Shown: positions 28,701 to 38,622, counted from the first letter of the stretch. The stretch: 64,000 bases of DNA from an uncultured Rhodospirillaceae bacterium (GCA_964566055.1 CAZMHI010000022.1:213-64212), one strand, 5' to 3'. The notes: generated by a model not told the origin, from the sequence alone. A program made the numbers and translations.

Positions 28701-30881
28701 ATGAAATATATGCTCTCGCCGTCATTAAGCCGTCCGATGACGAGTGATTTTCGCCCTGGGTTCCGTTTCCGACCGAGTATCTCCGATATTGAACAAAGTT
28801 ATAATGCGGCCCGTGACGCTCTTTTGGCCGGTAATTACGAATTGGCCGCCAAACTTGCCAGAGATGAAGACGACCTGGAAATACTAGGTTGTGCCCTGAT
28901 CGGTTGTGGCGCTGTGGGCCGGGGACTAAATTTTCTTGATCAATCGGCTCCTAGCCATGACGACACCGCCCTCTTCCAAGCTTTTGCAAATTGGTGTTTG
29001 GGTAACGTGGAGCAAGCAATTCAAAAGCTGAACGATCTGGCAGCAGGCGACTATGCGGTAAAAGCGCGGAAGTTTATTAAACTGATTTCCAAGGAGCAGA
29101 CCAAAGTAGTCATCTTTTACCCGCCTGAATTTTCGCCACCGCCAACGGACCGATCAATTCCTGGACTCGAGCTTCGAGAATTGTATTCAGGTAATTTCGA
29201 TCCCACCCAATCCTTACATGAGATATTAGATGAGGATTTTGATCCTGAAGTAATTATTTCTTTGGGGCTGTTCGGCGAAAAACTACCGCGCCAATTGAGT
29301 GCGTTCGAATGCCGGTTCGTGATGCTGGCAGTGGATTTTGACATCTACTTTGCCAGTCAAGCTGAAGAATTGATGCGAGCAGACGTTATTTTGTCCGCCT
29401 GCAGCTACGAACATCATTGTCTAACTGAAATGTATAGCGGGCGCGTGGCGGCTTTTCCAGGCCTATCCTTTGACACAGAAACCGGCTACGAAGGTACCGG
29501 ATGGCACACCGACAAAGATATTGATATATTTTTTTCCGGTCGGGCTTTCTATCGTCATGCACTGGAAAAAGCGCGTATCCTGTTTCGCATTGCCACAATC
29601 GATGACCCTGAATTGAACATCCTAATTCACCACGGCTATATGGATGCAGATAATTATCGAAGAAATATGGAGCGGGCCAGGATCATTCCGATTATTCATC
29701 GCTTTCCGTTTACCATTACCCAGGGGCGCTTTGTATCGGCGGTACGATTTGGAAGTACTGTAATTACTGACGAAGGAATTTTGCCGGAAGTTTGTCTCGA
29801 TTTAACCGCTGGTGTTTCGCGAAAATTTAATCAGGAGCATATTGAAGAAAATCTTGAGGATATTCTAAGAAACAACGAGGCAATTCGCGAATATGCGTTG
29901 CAAAATAAAAAAGAAATTGCAAAAGAGCTAGACGATATGTTTTGGGCTCCTCCCCAACGCGAGGAGAGATTAATCAAATTTGCTTTGTTTCAAGCAGTAT
30001 TAGCCGACGATCAAGGTTCCAATCAAATTGAACCTCCGCATTCTGACTCTACGGTACCAATTGCTACCGAGCACCGTCAGGCGGAAATTTCCTTCGCTGC
30101 ATTCCTGGACCAACCTCTCGATGTTGAAATCCGCCGCCAAACGCTGCTCGATTTTGAAGCTGGTCTCGCATCGAAATCATATTCCCTCGCTTTGAGATTT
30201 AATTTTGCTCGATTTTTGTGGATAGATGGCGATCGGCAGTCATCTCTGGCCCAGTTCGAGATCGCAGCGAATTTATGCGATGATGGTGAGTTCGATCCCT
30301 TGCGTGATAGTTTGCATTCGCATTTGCTTCAACCACTAGGCGACATGATGCCGTACCAGGAATTTTACGTGCGCTCGGTCACGGATATTCTTGGTGGGGA
30401 CAATAATTACGCTGGTGCGCGTGCGGTAATTGCTTCTACGATTGCGACCTACCAAGCAGTGGATAAACTTCAAAAAGATCTGTTTGAAGATGGTATTGAG
30501 AGACTTCATCAGGCATTGCATTTTTTTGACGATAATTTTATTGCTTTGAGGCTTTTGACCAAAGCTTATGCGGCGGCAGGTTGGCCACCCGACGATATTG
30601 CCGCAGCCTTTCACAGGACGCTCAAGCTGTACCCACCATTTATTACTGAATTGCTGCCAATTGGTTTACTGGCTGAACGAAATTTTGGCCGGGATCTAAA
30701 TGCTTTAGAGTGGGTGAAGAAATGGGCTTATTTCATGGTACGTGTCAACTGGGGTGATGCCAATGCGCACGCCATTCCGGCTCAAACCTGGGAACATGCC
30801 CAATATTATTTTCACAGGCTACCGGTCAGGTTGCGCAATCAACTTGCTGACAAATTTCCAGACAAGGTACATATCAAATAG
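28701..30881 (+). CDS. Large hypothetical protein with glycosyltransferase-like (GT-B/CgeB-like) core and TPR-like helical ends
   Basis: 726 aa; DIDIFFSG...Y..NMERARI central segment; helical repeats at both ends; weak similarity only. Confidence 0.5.
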   Translation: MKYMLSPSLSRPMTSDFRPGFRFRPSISDIEQSYNAARDALLAGNYELAAKLARDEDDLEILGCALIGCGAVGRGLNFLDQSAPSHDDTALFQAFANWCLGNVEQAIQKLNDLAAGDYAVKARKFIKLISKEQTKVVIFYPPEFSPPPTDRSIPGLELRELYSGNFDPTQSLHEILDEDFDPEVIISLGLFGEKLPRQLSAFECRFVMLAVDFDIYFASQAEELMRADVILSACSYEHHCLTEMYSGRVAAFPGLSFDTETGYEGTGWHTDKDIDIFFSGRAFYRHALEKARILFRIATIDDPELNILIHHGYMDADNYRRNMERARIIPIIHRFPFTITQGRFVSAVRFGSTVITDEGILPEVCLDLTAGVSRKFNQEHIEENLEDILRNNEAIREYALQNKKEIAKELDDMFWAPPQREERLIKFALFQAVLADDQGSNQIEPPHSDSTVPIATEHRQAEISFAAFLDQPLDVEIRRQTLLDFEAGLASKSYSLALRFNFARFLWIDGDRQSSLAQFEIAANLCDDGEFDPLRDSLHSHLLQPLGDMMPYQEFYVRSVTDILGGDNNYAGARAVIASTIATYQAVDKLQKDLFEDGIERLHQALHFFDDNFIALRLLTKAYAAAGWPPDDIAAAFHRTLKLYPPFITELLPIGLLAERNFGRDLNALEWVKKWAYFMVRVNWGDANAHAIPAQTWEHAQYYFHRLPVRLRNQLADKFPDKVHIK

Positions 30882-30912
30882 TGAACTAAAATCCTAAACC
30901 TGCTCTCAATTA

Positions 30913-31623
30913 CTACCGGCTGAGTCGTGAGGTCAGATTTTCCCACACTCGATCTATAGCCAGACCGCTAAAGAACAACTCGGTGCATTTTTCGGTTTCT
31001 CCAGGCGTCAAATAGCGGACCTTGCCGAGCGGCATCGCCTGCAATTGGACGGCAGCGGATATCTGCAGATAAACCGCCATTATTGTAGCACCTTTGATGT
31101 CCGGCCCGGCGACCGAGCAGCCGTGACCACGCATTAAAATAATGCTGCTCTCGCCCAAGCTTTTGGCTAGATCCCGGCCATGCTCCATATTGCGGACCAG
31201 CATATCGGTATCGCCGAAATTGTCATGAATATCCCAGATCGGAATGTCACGGCCAATTGCGGCTGCAGTATGAATAATCGGTTGCAGTTGAGTGCCGGTA
31301 ACGCCAAACGGAATAACCGACAGCGAATGATTGTGAACCACGGATTGAACTTCGGGCCGGGCTTCCAGGATTGCGCCATGGATAAATCGCTCGCCGTAAG
31401 GTGTTAAAGTTGAACCATCGACATTATTACCCTCAAGATCAAACTCCATCAAATCGTCCCGGCAAACAATCTCCGGCGCACGAGAACAGGAAATGAAAAA
31501 ATGGTTAGGGTTATCCGGATTGCGGACACTTATGTGGCCAAAAGAATCAACCACATTTTCATTGGCAAGAATGTGATTGGCAACCACCAGTTCGTCCTGC
31601 AGGGCTTCAAGTTTGGCGTTCAT
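30913..31623 (-). CDS. Class II aldolase/adducin-fold protein, HMPD 4-decarboxylase-like
   Basis: DSFGHIS.R, ERFIHG, VHNHS and MRGHG metal ligands; layout resembles my recollection of M. loti mlr6791. Confidence 0.85.
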   Translation of the reverse strand: MNAKLEALQDELVVANHILANENVVDSFGHISVRNPDNPNHFFISCSRAPEIVCRDDLMEFDLEGNNVDGSTLTPYGERFIHGAILEARPEVQSVVHNHSLSVIPFGVTGTQLQPIIHTAAAIGRDIPIWDIHDNFGDTDMLVRNMEHGRDLAKSLGESSIILMRGHGCSVAGPDIKGATIMAVYLQISAAVQLQAMPLGKVRYLTPGETEKCTELFFSGLAIDRVWENLTSRLSR

Positions 31624-31660
31624 TCGAAAAAATCTTTCCCCGGTTCATATTCATTTCAAT

Positions 31661-31678
31661 CATTTAGAAATCTAAGTA
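31661..31678. promoter_or_regulatory. MarR operator candidate 1
   Basis: CATTTAGAAATCTAAGTA, near-palindrome of consensus TACTTAGA-WW-TCTAAGTA. Confidence 0.7.
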
Positions 31679-31793
31679 TATTTAAGAAATTAGTCTATAC
31701 TGAAAGCCATGTAGTTTGGCATTTACGGTAAGATAGTTTAAAGATTAGAGAATATTATTTTATTAATTCATTTAAGCAGATTGGTTAGTTTAA

Positions 31794-32264
31794 ATGCCGC
31801 CAAAAAAGAAAGCTAACGGCAGTTTACCGCCGTCAAAGAGCGTGGGTTTTCTCATTCGGGATACCATGCTGCACATGCAGATCGTGTTACGAGCTCTTTT
31901 GCAGGAGCATAACCTCTCTACCGCCCAATGGTATCAGCTTCGCGTGTTGTGGGAGGAAGAGGGCATCAGTCAACGTGAGCTGAGTCAACGCGTCTGCACC
32001 ACCGAGCCAACGACCCAAAGTGCCTTATTGCGCCTGGAGCAGCAGGGCATTGTCAAACGGGTGCGCAGTAAAACCGACCGCCGCGCAAATCATATCTTTT
32101 TGACCAGAAAAGGCCGTGCGCTGGAGCCAAAATTGATCCCCTATGCGATGACCGTCAATGACGTGGCAGCAAAGGGCATAAGCAAAAAAGAGATCAAAGA
32201 ATTCACCAAAATCATCAATAAAATCCGCGCAAATATAATAGATGAAATTGGTTCTACGGATTAA
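31794..32264 (+). CDS. MarR-family regulator
   Basis: 156 aa; GISQRELSQR...RLEQQGIVKRVRSKTDRR winged HTH. Confidence 0.95.
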   Translation: MPPKKKANGSLPPSKSVGFLIRDTMLHMQIVLRALLQEHNLSTAQWYQLRVLWEEEGISQRELSQRVCTTEPTTQSALLRLEQQGIVKRVRSKTDRRANHIFLTRKGRALEPKLIPYAMTVNDVAAKGISKKEIKEFTKIINKIRANIIDEIGSTD

Positions 32265-32405
32265 CCTCGCTATTTCCGCTATTAACGCTCTCGAGAATGT
32301 ATTGAGGCCTGAAGCGCAGTAACTGGCGGAAAAAATGACCAAATCCCATTTGATGGTTGCGCCCTGCACACCCTCGGCGGAGTGGCTTGATCCCAATTTT
32401 AAGAC

Positions 32406-34739
32406 TTAATTGTTGGCATCCTGTATGGCCTGCCAGATGGCAAACGGTGTCGCCGGCATTTTAATATCAGTGATGCCATAGGCTTTTAAAGCATCTACCA
32501 CAGCGCTTATGAAAACCGCCGGCGCTGAAGTTGTTCCGCCTTCACCTCCCGCTTTGATGCCCAACGGATTGGTTGGCGACGGCACTTCGTTGAGCTCGAC
32601 TTTAAAGGCAGGCAGGTCGCCAGCGCGGAGCATGCCGTAATCCATCAAAGAGCCGGTTAGCGTCTGACCATTTTCCGGATCGAGCACGCAGGCCTCAACC
32701 ATGGCTTGACCCAAGCCTTGCACAATTGCGCCATGAGTTTGGCCATGCACGATCAGCGGATTAATTGCCCGGCCAACATCATCAATGGCTGCGTAGCGAA
32801 CGAGATCAACCTCGCCGGTTTCGGGATCAATCTCAACTTCACAGATATGGCAACCATTGGGCACGACGGGCGTATGCATCTCGTTGCTGCGCACGACATT
32901 TAAGCCGCCTTGAAGGTCTTCCGGTAATTCAGTGGCATCAGCTTTGCCTGCCAGTTCATAAAGGCTGATAGAGCGATCTGTACCTTTGACGGTAAAATCA
33001 CCATCACCAAATTCGATGTCGGCAACCGCAGCTTCCAAGACATGGCTGGCAATATTTTTAGCTTTTTCGATCAGCTCATCGCAGGCCATGACAATGACCG
33101 TGCCGGCCATGCGCATAGAACGGCCCGAGTGTGAGCCGCCGCCGACTTTAACAATATCGGTATCACCTATCACGATCTGTATTTCATCAACGGGCAAGCC
33201 CAGCCACTCTGCAGCGACTTGAGCAAAGCTGGTTTCATGGCCCTGGCCGGACGGTTGGGTGCCGATAACCAAATCGACGCGGCCATCTGGAATGACATGC
33301 AACTCGGCTTGCTCAACCGGCGTGCCGATGGAGGATTCAACATAATTGGCGAAACCAACTCCGAGCAATTTGCCGCGCCTCTTAGCTTCTGCCCGCCGCT
33401 CTTCCCGGTTATCCCAATCGGCAAGCTTCTTAGCCATCTCAACGCTTTTGTGATAATCGCCGCTGTCATAATTGAGCCCGATGGGATTTGTGTAGGGCAT
33501 CTCGTCTTCACGCAGAAGATTGAGATTCTTTAGCTCCTGCACATCCATGCCGGTCTGCTCCGCTGCCAGTTCAACCAATCGTTCAATGGCGAAGGTCACT
33601 TCCGGGCGGCCCGAGCTGCGATAGGCTTGAGTGGGCACGGTATTGGTAAAAACCGCCCGTGAACGAATACAACCAACGGGTATACGATAAGAGCCGCTGA
33701 TGAGTTGCGAGCCTTTACCGAGCGGAGAGAAGGAAACGGCCCTGGCGCCGACATTGCTGATATTATCGGCCCGCATAGCCAAAAACCTGCCTTTTTTATC
33801 GAGCGCCAGTTCGACCGAGGTGTAGAGATCGCGGCCCTGATAATCGCTGATAAAAGCTTCGCTGCGGTCACAGGTATATTTCACGGGTCGGCCGATTTTC
33901 TTGGAGGCCCAGGCGACCAGACCAAACTCGACATAGACCCGGTTGCGGGTGCCGAAATTGCCGCCAACATCATGGGATAGAATACGAACATCGTCCGGCT
34001 CGACGTTTAAGACCACAGCGAGCTCCCGTTTTTGCCGGACCGCACCACCGCTGCCGGCATAAATCGTATATCTGCCCGTCGTGCTATCATAGGAGCCCAA
34101 GGCAGAGCGTGGTTCTATCGGCACGCCGGTTACGCGGTCAATATGAAATTGTGTCGAGATAATATGATCAGCCTTGGCAAAGGCTTGGTCGGTGCCGCTG
34201 ACATCGCCGAAAGTGGTATCAATACAGACATTGGCGGGCAGCTCATCCCAGACAGCTGGTCCCTCAACATTGGCCGCTTTTAAGCCATCCGCATTATGAG
34301 GCAGGGTCTCATAATCAACGAAAACCTCTTCTGCGGCGTCCATGGCTTGCGCTTCGGTTTCGGCGACCACCAGGGCGACCGCCTCGCCAACATGGCGGAC
34401 CTTGTCGGTCGGCAACAATACATGCGGACCGATAAAAACCTCACCGCCATCAGGTGCCCCCAGTTTGAGATCGTTGTCGGTCTTCGGTAGCGGAGAGTGC
34501 GGAATGCTGGTGAGGTGATCCACTGCACAATCCTCGCCCCTAAAAACACCAAGCACGCCCGGCATATTGTGCGCCGCACCGGTGTCGATTGAAATTATTC
34601 GCGCATGGGGATAGGGCGAACGCACCACCACCGCATAGGCCTGGTTCGGCAGATTAAAGTCATCGGTAAACTGGCCTTTGCCGGTCAGCAGGCGCTGATC
34701 TTCCTTGCGGCGAACCGGCTGGCCAATGTGTTTAGTCAT
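32406..34739 (-). CDS. Xanthine-dehydrogenase-family Mo large subunit (CoxL form-II-like), orphan
   Basis: IGQPVRRKED, DVGGNFG, AYRSSGRPE, QGHET, IKAGGEGG; 8-nt overlap with the upstream UbiD gene. Confidence 0.9.
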   Translation of the reverse strand: MTKHIGQPVRRKEDQRLLTGKGQFTDDFNLPNQAYAVVVRSPYPHARIISIDTGAAHNMPGVLGVFRGEDCAVDHLTSIPHSPLPKTDNDLKLGAPDGGEVFIGPHVLLPTDKVRHVGEAVALVVAETEAQAMDAAEEVFVDYETLPHNADGLKAANVEGPAVWDELPANVCIDTTFGDVSGTDQAFAKADHIISTQFHIDRVTGVPIEPRSALGSYDSTTGRYTIYAGSGGAVRQKRELAVVLNVEPDDVRILSHDVGGNFGTRNRVYVEFGLVAWASKKIGRPVKYTCDRSEAFISDYQGRDLYTSVELALDKKGRFLAMRADNISNVGARAVSFSPLGKGSQLISGSYRIPVGCIRSRAVFTNTVPTQAYRSSGRPEVTFAIERLVELAAEQTGMDVQELKNLNLLREDEMPYTNPIGLNYDSGDYHKSVEMAKKLADWDNREERRAEAKRRGKLLGVGFANYVESSIGTPVEQAELHVIPDGRVDLVIGTQPSGQGHETSFAQVAAEWLGLPVDEIQIVIGDTDIVKVGGGSHSGRSMRMAGTVIVMACDELIEKAKNIASHVLEAAVADIEFGDGDFTVKGTDRSISLYELAGKADATELPEDLQGGLNVVRSNEMHTPVVPNGCHICEVEIDPETGEVDLVRYAAIDDVGRAINPLIVHGQTHGAIVQGLGQAMVEACVLDPENGQTLTGSLMDYGMLRAGDLPAFKVELNEVPSPTNPLGIKAGGEGGTTSAPAVFISAVVDALKAYGITDIKMPATPFAIWQAIQDANN

Positions 34740-36375
34740 CTAAAACATCGCGGACGGGGGTGTTGGGTTTAATACCGCTGCGTTTCATTTGATCCGAACG
34801 TTGACCATTTGTGAGGTAATCGCCCTCGGCAGCCCGCTTTGCAATCTCGTCCCAATGATCCGACCAATCACCCAGGCTATAGCCATGCCAGGGTGGCTCC
34901 GGCGTCAAGGGAGGCAGGCCTAATTTTTCCCAGAGCACTTTGGCATTTTCCATATATTCGCGCTTGGGCAGAGCCAGCGGCGGCATATCGCCTTTTAACG
35001 TGGCATCGATCAGCATGGTAGAATCTTCAGGTTTATCTTTATTCTTAGGACCATGTCCGCGATCACGATGGGGCAGGATGACGACATCTTCGCCCGGATC
35101 GGCGCGATAGGCCATCGACCAAAACACGGCATCAGCATTGTCCGGATCGATATCTTCATTAAGGGCGATGACATATTTACCGGTATCGGCCCGGAGTGTT
35201 GCCGCCCCTTGCATGGCGCGGAAAATTTCGGTTCGTGGCACGCCGCGCTCCATGACGATAAAAATCACCCGCCGGATATTTGTCAGCGGCTCGTGCATGA
35301 CGACTTTTTTGATGCCTTTAATGCCGAGGGTTTTCTGCAGATGTTCAAGATACATCGGCTCATAAGCAACTTTTTTAATCACGCTGGATTCGCTGGGCGT
35401 CACCTGCGAGATGATCGAGCTGAAGACGGCATTTTCCTTGCGGGTGATCACGGTGACATCGAAGATCATGTTGAAGTCTTCCAGCGCGATATGGCCGTGC
35501 GATTCACCAAAGGGTGCTTCCGGTTCCAGATATTCGGTATCGATCAAGCCTTCGATGATGATTTCCGCATCTGCCGGCACCATTAGATCAATGCTCTTAC
35601 ATTTCACCGTCCGGATTGGCTCTCCCGCCAAGCCGCCAGCAATCGATAATTCATCGACATCGCGGGGCATTTTTTGCGGGCCCAGATAAGCCACTGCTGG
35701 CGGGCAGCCAAGCACCACTGCACATGGCATTTTATCACCCTTGGCTTTATATTTCTCCCAATGGGGATAGCCACCGGCGCCGCCGTGACGGGTCGACATG
35801 CGCACCGCCATGCGCGTCGGTGATTTGAGACCACCGCGATAGGTACCCATGTTTTGAATGCCGTTTTCAGGGTCCTTGGTGACAAAATTACCGGCTGTCA
35901 GGTAAGGCGCGCTATCAAAGCCAGGAGAAGAAATCGGTACGGGCAGCGCATCCAGGCCCTTACCTTCACCATCGATATCACTGCCTTCAAGCACCACTTC
36001 CTGGCACGGCGCGGTATCGACTTCGACGGGTTCTATCGGATTGGCGACAGCGTTTTGCCAGGCGGGGCCGATTTGATCCAATGGCACGTTCATGCCGATA
36101 CTGTAGATTTGGCTATTAGCCGCAAGGGCGCCAACAATAACCGGCATGTCAAATTTACGGCCCTTGGAGTCGACTATATTTGTGAACAGGAAAGCTTTAC
36201 GGTCACCTTCCGGGATGCCGCCCCGGAATTGCCAGCGCACCAAAGCATGCAGTTCCGTGTCTTTATTTACCTCGGCGTCAATGCGGTGGAGCAGGCCGGC
36301 TTTATCCAAGGCAGCTATATGTGTCTGCAAATCTGCGTAGCCAGATTTTGAGCCGGTGGCGGCGTCATCCATCAT
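34732..36375 (-). CDS. UbiD-family (prFMN) (de)carboxylase, paralogue 1
   Basis: NMGTYR (Arg), EAPFGE (two Glu), EDIDP, IDAT. Confidence 0.9.
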   Translation of the reverse strand: MMDDAATGSKSGYADLQTHIAALDKAGLLHRIDAEVNKDTELHALVRWQFRGGIPEGDRKAFLFTNIVDSKGRKFDMPVIVGALAANSQIYSIGMNVPLDQIGPAWQNAVANPIEPVEVDTAPCQEVVLEGSDIDGEGKGLDALPVPISSPGFDSAPYLTAGNFVTKDPENGIQNMGTYRGGLKSPTRMAVRMSTRHGGAGGYPHWEKYKAKGDKMPCAVVLGCPPAVAYLGPQKMPRDVDELSIAGGLAGEPIRTVKCKSIDLMVPADAEIIIEGLIDTEYLEPEAPFGESHGHIALEDFNMIFDVTVITRKENAVFSSIISQVTPSESSVIKKVAYEPMYLEHLQKTLGIKGIKKVVMHEPLTNIRRVIFIVMERGVPRTEIFRAMQGAATLRADTGKYVIALNEDIDPDNADAVFWSMAYRADPGEDVVILPHRDRGHGPKNKDKPEDSTMLIDATLKGDMPPLALPKREYMENAKVLWEKLGLPPLTPEPPWHGYSLGDWSDHWDEIAKRAAEGDYLTNGQRSDQMKRSGIKPNTPVRDVLDD

Positions 36376-36385
36376 CAATTCCTTA

Positions 36386-36403
36386 CCATAAGAAATCTAA
36401 GTA
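36386..36403. promoter_or_regulatory. MarR operator candidate 2
   Basis: CCATAAGAAATCTAAGTA; shares AGAAATCTAAGTAT with site 1; 10 nt upstream of the UbiD-1 start. Confidence 0.7.
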
Positions 36404-36489
36404 TTTTACTGATACATCCTTTAATACTCCTAGACAATGCGATCTTGAGATGGCTTGATAATAAAAAAATTAAATGGGATGCAGGATCT

Positions 36490-38556
36490 ATGGAAACTGA
36501 AATGCTGGCGATGGCCATCAAGGCGGCGCTTATTTTAAGCGATCCGGTCAGGCTTGGATTTCTGGCTTTTGGCGTTTTCCTAGGACTTATTCTGGGTGTT
36601 ATCCCCGGTCTTGGCGGCCTCGTCGGCCTGTCTTTGTTACTGCCGTTTACTTTCAATATGGATCCCTTTTCAGCCCTTGCTCTGATGATGGGGCTGGCTT
36701 CGGTTACGGTAACGTCCGACACCATCCCGGCAGTATTATTTGGTGTACCCGGCACAGTGGGATCGGCAGCAACCATCTTGGATGGCAATCCGATGGCTAA
36801 AAAAGGCCAGGCCAGCCGGGCCTTTGGTGCGGCCTTTACCGCCTCCGTTATTGGCGGCCTGATTGGGGCGGCGATATTGGCCGTGAGCGTGCCGGTTCTG
36901 CGCCCCGTGATGTTGTTTATCGGCACGCCGGAATTACTGGCGATCTGTGTGCTCGGTTTATCATTGGTGGCGACCTTAAGCGGCGGCGCACCGTTAAAAG
37001 GATTGGCAGCTGCTTGTATTGGCTTGATGGTGGCGACCATTGGCGAGGAAGCGCAAACCGGTGAAGTACGTTGGGCGGGCGACTCGTTGTATCTCGTAGA
37101 AGGTCTGCCGATTGTCCCCTTAGCGCTCGGCCTATTTGCACTGCCGGAACTGGCCTCAATGGCGATTGACCGCTCCAGCATTGCTGCCGGCACCGATGGT
37201 CTGCCTAAGAAAGAAAAACGCTGGGCCCAATTGGAAGGCGTCAAAGACGTTTTCAAAAGCTGGTTCTTAGTTGTTCGTTGTTCGGCCATCGGCTCAACCC
37301 TCGGCGCGGTGCCGGGTATTGGCGCTTCGGTCATTGATTGGATTGCCTATGGCCATGCCTCCCGGAGCGAAAAAGGCGCTGCCGAAACTTTCGGTAAAGG
37401 CGATGTTCGGGGCGTGATAGCGTCGGAAAGTTCCAACAACGCCAAAGAAGGCGGGGCGCTGATCCCAACCGTGGCTTTTGGTGTGCCGGGCTCGGCCTCA
37501 ATGACGTTGTTGTTGGGCGCCTTTTTGATCCACGGCATTACGCCTGGGCCAAAAATGCTGACCTCGCAGTTGGATATCACTTACACCCTGGTGTGGTCCG
37601 TGGCGCTGGCGAATATTCTAGGTGCCGGCATCTGCTTTGTGTTTGCCAATCAACTGGCGCGTATTGCCCTGATCCGGAGCGGCATTCTGGTGCCGGTTGT
37701 ATTGGCGGTGACGTTTATCGGCGCCTTCCAAGGCTCCCGAGATTGGGGCGATATCTACGCCTTGCTGATATTCGGCGCTATTGGCTGGATTATGAAGCAA
37801 AAAGGCTGGCCGCGCCCGCCGCTGGTGCTGGGTTTTGTGCTGGGCGGCTTGGTTGAGAATTATATGTTTATCTCGGTTAGCCGCTATGGCGCGGATTGGC
37901 TGCTGCGACCGGTTGTCATGATCATCTTCGCCATCACGATTTTTGGCCTCGCCCGGCCTTATCTGAAAGCCTATTTCGACACTCGCAAATCTGAAAAAGT
38001 TGTCTCTTCTGCTGGTGTCAGTTTCGGCTTCCGGCCCGAGAATTTTAGCGCGGACAGTTTGGTTGCCTTGATTGTGCTTGGCGGGTTTTTGGTCACGCTT
38101 TATTTGTCTTTCGGCTGGGAGTTGGCGGCTAAACTTGTGCCCCAGGTGATTGGCTGGGCAGGCGTGATCTTTATTGGTTTATTCCTATTGCTGTCGCTTT
38201 TCATATTGCGTCCGGACAATGGCCGCGCCCGGCAAAATCTCGATATCAGCTCAGACCATACCGGCCTAACCGAGCGCCTGGTCTATCAGCGGGCGGGGGT
38301 TTATTTCGGCTGGTGTCTGGCTTATCTCGGGGCGGCAACTGTTATTGGTCTGATCCCGGCCCTGTTCTTTTTCATGGCCGGATATTTACGTTTTGTCGGG
38401 CGGGAAAGCTGGCGTATGACACTGGGCGTCGCCGTGCCGGCCTGGATATTCTGTTATGTATTATTTCACCAGATACTTCTGGTGCCTTGGCCGGAAACGG
38501 TGATCGGCCAGATGTTCCCGGCCCTGAGAAGTATTCGACCCTTGGCTTTGTTCTAG
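36490..38556 (+). CDS. tctA: Tripartite tricarboxylate transporter permease, TctA fused to a TctB-like domain
   Basis: GVIPGLGG, PAVLFGVPGT, ESSNNAKEGGALIPT; about 150 extra C-terminal aa with four TM segments; ATG 36490 chosen. Confidence 0.9.
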   Translation: METEMLAMAIKAALILSDPVRLGFLAFGVFLGLILGVIPGLGGLVGLSLLLPFTFNMDPFSALALMMGLASVTVTSDTIPAVLFGVPGTVGSAATILDGNPMAKKGQASRAFGAAFTASVIGGLIGAAILAVSVPVLRPVMLFIGTPELLAICVLGLSLVATLSGGAPLKGLAAACIGLMVATIGEEAQTGEVRWAGDSLYLVEGLPIVPLALGLFALPELASMAIDRSSIAAGTDGLPKKEKRWAQLEGVKDVFKSWFLVVRCSAIGSTLGAVPGIGASVIDWIAYGHASRSEKGAAETFGKGDVRGVIASESSNNAKEGGALIPTVAFGVPGSASMTLLLGAFLIHGITPGPKMLTSQLDITYTLVWSVALANILGAGICFVFANQLARIALIRSGILVPVVLAVTFIGAFQGSRDWGDIYALLIFGAIGWIMKQKGWPRPPLVLGFVLGGLVENYMFISVSRYGADWLLRPVVMIIFAITIFGLARPYLKAYFDTRKSEKVVSSAGVSFGFRPENFSADSLVALIVLGGFLVTLYLSFGWELAAKLVPQVIGWAGVIFIGLFLLLSLFILRPDNGRARQNLDISSDHTGLTERLVYQRAGVYFGWCLAYLGAATVIGLIPALFFFMAGYLRFVGRESWRMTLGVAVPAWIFCYVLFHQILLVPWPETVIGQMFPALRSIRPLALF

Positions 38557-38565
38557 GCAAAAAAT

Positions 38566-38599
38566 AAGGGCGATCCCGCGTATTCCCGGGACCGCCCTT
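38566..38599. terminator. Bidirectional terminator between convergent transporter genes
   Basis: AAGGGCGATCCCG-N8-CGGGACCGCCCTT, flanked by an A run and a T run. Confidence 0.85.
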
Positions 38600-38622
38600 G
38601 ATTTTTATTAATGTAAAAAGCG

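Noticed and set aside
31661-31678. Irr ICE box
   Set aside because: Half-site spacing is TTTAGAA-A-TCTAAG, not TTTAGAA-N3-TTCTAAA; better explained as a MarR operator
32265-32405. Coding-like frames after MarR (including ORF 32025-32396)
   Set aside because: I translated the frames and recognised no family; a remnant cannot be supported
36375-37334. 319-aa minus-strand ORF, plus other long antisense ORFs (13229-14077, 15242-16021, 50968-51669, 57457-58227)
   Set aside because: Shadows of well-supported genes on the opposite strand; no recognisable motifs
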